Part shown: positions 60,300 through 64,000 of the stretch, in pieces | Position numbering within the stretch: the stretch's first letter is position 1 | How the letters are laid out: each line of letters starts with the position of its first letter | DNA from: Trichoplax adhaerens | Taxonomy: Eukaryota > Animalia > Placozoa | NCBI RefSeq assembly: GCF_000150275.1 | Contig: NW_002060951.1 | Span: 2,256,323 to 2,320,322 of the forward strand | DNA: 64,000 nucleotides | Direction: 5' to 3' | The notes under the pieces: model-generated | Seen by the model: the letters and a program-made list of their open reading frames with translations, nothing else | Database searches by the model: none | What the model was told of the DNA's origin: nothing | Position numbers and translations under genes: made by a program

Positions 60300-62752
60300 T
60301 CAATTAGCAACCTTCATCTCTTCAATTTTGGAGTTATTGAGCTTTTTGTAACACTCAAAACTGCATAATGGTAAATTTAATTTAGAATCAGCATACCGGC
60401 GAAAATTCTTACAACCGTCTACTGTACATAATTCTCGTTCTTTCGGGCTGTAAATATAATTGTTGAATGATGAGTATCACCTTACTCGAATAGTAACCAT
60501 GGAAAATGTTATTAACAGATTTAATCATCAAAAGTCACCGCGTTCATGGCAGAAGCAAAAGTAGAATAACAAGAACTCACATTTTTATGGTCTGAGCGAT
60601 CATAGGGAATTCTATGTTTTCAGGAAAGGATAAGCTAAAAAAATTTACACGATTTGTATAACGGATTCTTGGAATATCTTTACTTCCCATAGACTTCTAA
60701 AAGTGATAATATAGGAATTTTATAAGGGATTAGGATGAAAATAGTGTATCATCTAATCCTACTTTTAAGTGTATATGCGCTATTTGAGTTAAAGTTGCAC
60801 ATATCATAATGCTTACCTTAGCTGCATCTTTTCGAGAACGACTAGCTTGTTTGTACAATAATTTATCAATAGTTTGGGCCTATCATAAGTAAATAATTTT
60901 AAGCTGATTCTTATCTCAGACAAACATCAATTAATTACTTATGGCTTTACTGTTAGCCAATATAAACGTAAGTAAAGTGCCCTAACTTTATTCTGTTCAA
61001 TTTTTTTTGCAATTTGTAACTTTCTCTTTGTCGCTCGCTGTTGCTTCCGTTGTAACATTTCTTCCGTTACCTCTTTGCTTTGCTTGCGTCCTAGTTAAGA
61101 AAGTGGGATGTTAACTTAGAATAGATCTTTCCAATTTTCTTAGCCGTTTTTATCAAGTGTAGTAATGCATATTACTATTAACTAATTGATTACCCATAGG
61201 TAGTTCTAGTAAAGGTTCTACATATTCTACTTCTCCCATCATCGCTCGCTAAACGTAACGATTGAATAAAGTCCAGATAATTTCAATAGTACAATAGTCC
61301 ATCTTTATAATTTTTAAACAAGCACATAGTCTCACTTGTCTTGCAGTCATCATGGATTTCTTCCTTGCAGTTCTGACTCTTCCATTTTCATCTAAGTCTC
61401 CGCTTTCCAGAGCAGCAAGCCATTCGTCCTCACTTATACAAATATGCAATGAACGAATGATACACGTTGACAATGGTGTAAAGCAGAAGACAAAATTAGA
61501 TTTCTATAAATAAATATAGCAGTTGTTCTTGGACTATAAAGGGCTGCTCTTCTACCTGTCTCCATTTTCTACATTGACTTCTTGGGATTTTTCATCTGCA
61601 GATGCTGTTCATATAGATTATTTCATTAAGCCATAGCTATACATTTTTGGCAATACTGGCCTTATAAAATTGTATTAATTATGCTATGTACAGTATACTA
61701 AAAGATAGAAAATAATGCATTTTATGATTTTACCATAATGTTCATCTTCGTGTCTTTCGCTATTAGCACTGTAGACCTCTATATCTTCCTCTTCTTCAGA
61801 TACCATAAACTCTCTAACCCTGTGATACAAGATAGGAGTCTATCTTAATTTATTCATAAAACGCTAGTATTTTAGGAGCCCGATTTACAGTATACGGGCG
61901 TAAAACTCTAGTTTATGAATGATTGTACGTTGTTATGCAGTTTATTCAATTTCGCGAGATTTTAGTGCAAGGGGCTAGTGTACCTCTCATGATAGTCGTT
62001 TATGACAGTAAATGCACTATAAAAGAATTGAAATAATTTAAATCCTGCAATTTTTTAATGGGACAAACTTACTGTGCGTGGGTCGTAGCTAATGTTTGGC
62101 CACCAAGTTTAATCTTTAATTTGACTTCTCTACCTTTACTTTCAGACGACTCTTCCATTGAGCCATGTTCTTTCTTTCTTTTATGTTTCTTATGCTTATG
62201 TTTATGCTTCTTTTTATGAGTTGGTCCTGAATAAGATAAAGCTAAGCTGTAGTCTGATCTACCTATTTATACCTTTACTAAATCATACGGTGTAAATGAT
62301 CGTATGGTAGATACTACTAGATACTATTGTGGTCAATTATAATAATTAGTTTCACGATCACTGCATCGGCATCAGGATGAGCAAGTAAAGAAATGATATG
62401 TAGTTATGCCCCAACTGCTATTGATATACCTAATTGTTTAATACAGTAAATGAAAGTATTGAAAATCTAATCTCCAACAATAGTAGAATTAAATATTACG
62501 TAGATTTGTAAATTTATCTACCAAAAATAAAAATTGACCTATCTAATGCGCTGCAATCAGAAGAGAAATACACACCGTTGATTACTGAATATCTACAGTA
62601 TACGTACAATATACTGTACATACTGTACTCTATACTGTATAATAGTTTCGTCAGTCTCATGATAAGGTGAAATGGTTAAAATACTACATCGTGAACTTAC
62701 TTGAATTATTTACTTCCTCTTCCAATTCTTTATTCGATTTCTGTTTCCCCAT
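60300..62752 (-). CDS. INO80B: INO80 complex subunit B (INO80B/PAPA-1; C-terminal zf-HIT). Exons 62701..62752, 62073..62226, 61734..61819, 61556..61604, 61336..61432, 60987..61070, 60818..60880, 60581..60696, 60300..60447 (849 nt, 282 aa)
   Basis: The spliced protein reads MGKQKSNKELEEEVNNS / RPTHKKKHKHKHKKHKRKKEHGS...VKLKIKLGGQTLATTHAQ / VREFMVSEEEEDIEVYSANSERHEDEHY / ASADEKSQEVNVENGD / SEDEWLAALESGDLDENGRVRTARKKSMMTARQ / VTEEMLQRKQQRATKRKLQIAKKIEQNK / AQTIDKLLYKQASRSRKDAAK / ...IRYTNRVNFFSLSFPENIEFPMIAQTIK / IPKERELCTVDGCKNFRRYADSKLNLPLCSFECYKKL...*. It matches my recollection of human INO80B at five separate signatures: the HKKKHKKHKKK run, KLKIKLGGQVLG, EEQRWLDALEKGELDDNG...LLTARQ, TEEMLLKREERARKRRLQAARRAEEHKNQTIERL, and the zf-HIT CSVPGCPHPRRYACSRTGQALCSLQCYRINL. 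All nine exons are phase-consistent. Confidence 0.8.
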
Positions 62753-63352
62753 TACAGTTCTTAATGCCGCGCCAATCTATTGATGAAAATTAGTTTCAGC
62801 AACAACTGAAAATAATATTCCAATCTCTCTCTTCTCTCTTCAGTAGTCCACTAGTCCCCCTATACTGCACATTGCTCCATACAATCCGTTGATCTGCATC
62901 AATTCTTATGAGTTGTCAATTTCTAGAGCTTCTTCTAGCCGATATGGTGTGCCGATACCAGTACGGTACGGTAAGTCAATGTACTGTACACTGAGTGTAC
63001 AGTACTGTATAGTATTGTACCGTAAATACTATTCAGGTGCTTGAGTACCGTACAGTACAGTACTGTGTATGGTAGTCACAAATACGGTACAGTGCAATGT
63101 ACTGTACACTAGTGCGGTACTGTACTGTATGACACGGCCAGTCTGACTGTACCCTGCACTCTCCTGGTACGCGCACAGTTGGATTGAAATCTAGCAAGAT
63201 TCGAAAATGGCGTACGGCTATCTATCGCCACCAACTGGAGACTAACATTGAAACGATTTACTGTAAAATTGATACACTATAAATAAGATTGCTGTTGTCA
63301 CGATCGTTTACTTTAAATTGTGGCTTGAAAATTGAATTCATCCGGCTTGATT
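62753..63352. promoter_or_regulatory. Divergent intergenic region between the INO80B ATG (62752, minus) and the candidate plus-strand ATG at 63353. It contains a GTAC palindromic array
   Basis: The array at 62958-63130 is centred between the two start codons. Confidence 0.35.
62958..63130. repeat. GTAC palindromic array in the INO80B divergent promoter region
   Basis: The sequence reads ccagtacggtacggtaagtcaatgtactgtacactgagtgtacagtactgtatagtattgtaccg...gagtaccgtacagtacagtactgtgtatgg...acggtacagtgcaatgtactgtacactagtgcggtactgtactgtatgac. Confidence 0.75.
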
Positions 63353-63389
63353 ATGGAGTCAACATTCGAAGCTAATGATAATCCAGACG
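63353..63389 (+). CDS. Candidate first coding exon (MESTFEANDNPD, donor G|gtaggt) of a gene that extends beyond the window end. It is oriented divergently from INO80B
   Basis: ATG at 63353 is followed by 12 codons and a consensus donor at 63390. A GTAC palindromic array lies 220-400 bp upstream (62958-63130), shared with INO80B. There is no downstream sequence in the window to confirm this. Confidence 0.2.
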
Positions 63390-64000
63390 GTAGGTAGTAT
63401 CCATATTTTGAACTTGGTGTTACAGACGGTCAAAAACTAATTTCCAAACTACACATTTATGCAATGGTTTTTATGATAGCGGGTATAAACGCATATTAAC
63501 GACTTAAATTATCTTAGCCAACTGTAAAATTATGTCTTTAAACCTACTGTTAAGATACTGAATAACACTCAATACAAGAGCGTTGCTAGCTGATACTGGT
63601 TGACGTTATCAAATTAGTCAAAAATTAATCTGTAGTCTCAATTAATTACAGAATTATAGTACAGTAGTGTTTGAATGTACTGTTTCCATTTGCATATTCT
63701 CGCTGACAAAATATGGACAATGCCATTCTACGTGATGATTACAATTTCGAATGACTTATCACACTGTAAGGTAGATCATCTTTTCGTAGCAAAGATGATC
63801 ACATTAGTGCGTAATACAGTATGTAATCGCTCAATAATGCAGTACTAATTCAGAATTACATACTGTATGATATTTCAGACTTCAAACGTGAAACATATTC
63901 GTTATTACTATACTTCTTAATCACAGGCCACGGCTACAAAGATGTTGAATAGAGATCCGTTAAAAAGTGTCTACCTATTTACTTCGCTTCATGTTCTAGT

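Noticed and set aside
60300-60447. Initial call of the C4 motif exon as a generic zf-HIT protein such as ZNHIT1
   Set aside because: Once the upstream exons were assembled (the KH-rich run, KLKIKLGGQ, WLAALESGDLDENG, EEMLQRKQQRATKRKLQ), the gene is specifically INO80B/PAPA-1.
9037-63130. Possibility that the periodic GTAC arrays are CRISPR repeats
   Set aside because: The sequence is clearly eukaryotic, with spliced genes throughout. The arrays have a 5/10-bp period with no unique spacers. No cas genes are present.
1-64000. tRNA and rRNA genes
   Set aside because: I scanned for tRNA T-loop (GGTTCGANTCC) and D-loop signatures and for rRNA-like GC-rich blocks. I found none. The GC-rich patch at 23400-23520 does not fold as a cloverleaf.

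Overview
This window is AT-rich (roughly one third GC) nuclear DNA from a metazoan, most likely an invertebrate. It is not prokaryotic. Every recognisable gene is split by GT-AG introns of about 50 bp to 3 kb with pyrimidine-rich acceptors. Conserved protein segments only become continuous after splicing. I could model about 14 protein-coding genes by hand translation, checking intron phase and comparing with remembered orthologue sequences.

Genes (in order):
1. Three tandem FAXC-like paralogues (failed axon connections homologue, metaxin-type GST fold) at 574-1688 (-), 3177-4274 (+) and 6101-7587 (+). The first two sit head-to-head.
2. A GLT1D1-like glycosyltransferase, 13 exons, 9563-13306 (+).
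3. A Notchless/NLE1 WD40 gene, at least 17 exons, 13829 to about 16899 (-).
4. A TMED2/p24 cargo receptor, 18994-21067 (+).
5. Mitochondrial ribosomal protein L18, 21769-23295 (-).
6. A RILPL1-like protein with RH1/RH2 domains, 25143-29649 (+).
7. A two-exon gene for a Ser/Asn/Arg-rich protein of unknown identity, 38435-41430 (-).
8. A large TRPM-family cation channel, at least 20 exons, about 44262-54923 (+).
9. Delta-tubulin, 57507-59550 (+).
10. INO80B/PAPA-1, 60300-62752 (-).

There are also several unassigned coding fragments. I found no rRNA, tRNA or CRISPR.

The most striking non-coding signal is a family of palindromic pentamer arrays, (GTACT)n(GTACA)n. They recur at more than a dozen sites and are concentrated in 5' flanks and divergent intergenic regions, although they also occur in introns. 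Other non-coding features:
- a MITE-like element with terminal inverted repeats (2091-2223), in the FAXC bidirectional promoter;
- a perfect 24-bp hairpin (9141-9190);
- a 17-bp-stem hairpin in GLT1D1 intron 1 (9949-10009);
- a 125-bp tandem duplication (7802-8050);
- a cluster of short dispersed repeats (4377-4990).

Coordinates came from manual reading and may be off by a few bases at some splice sites.
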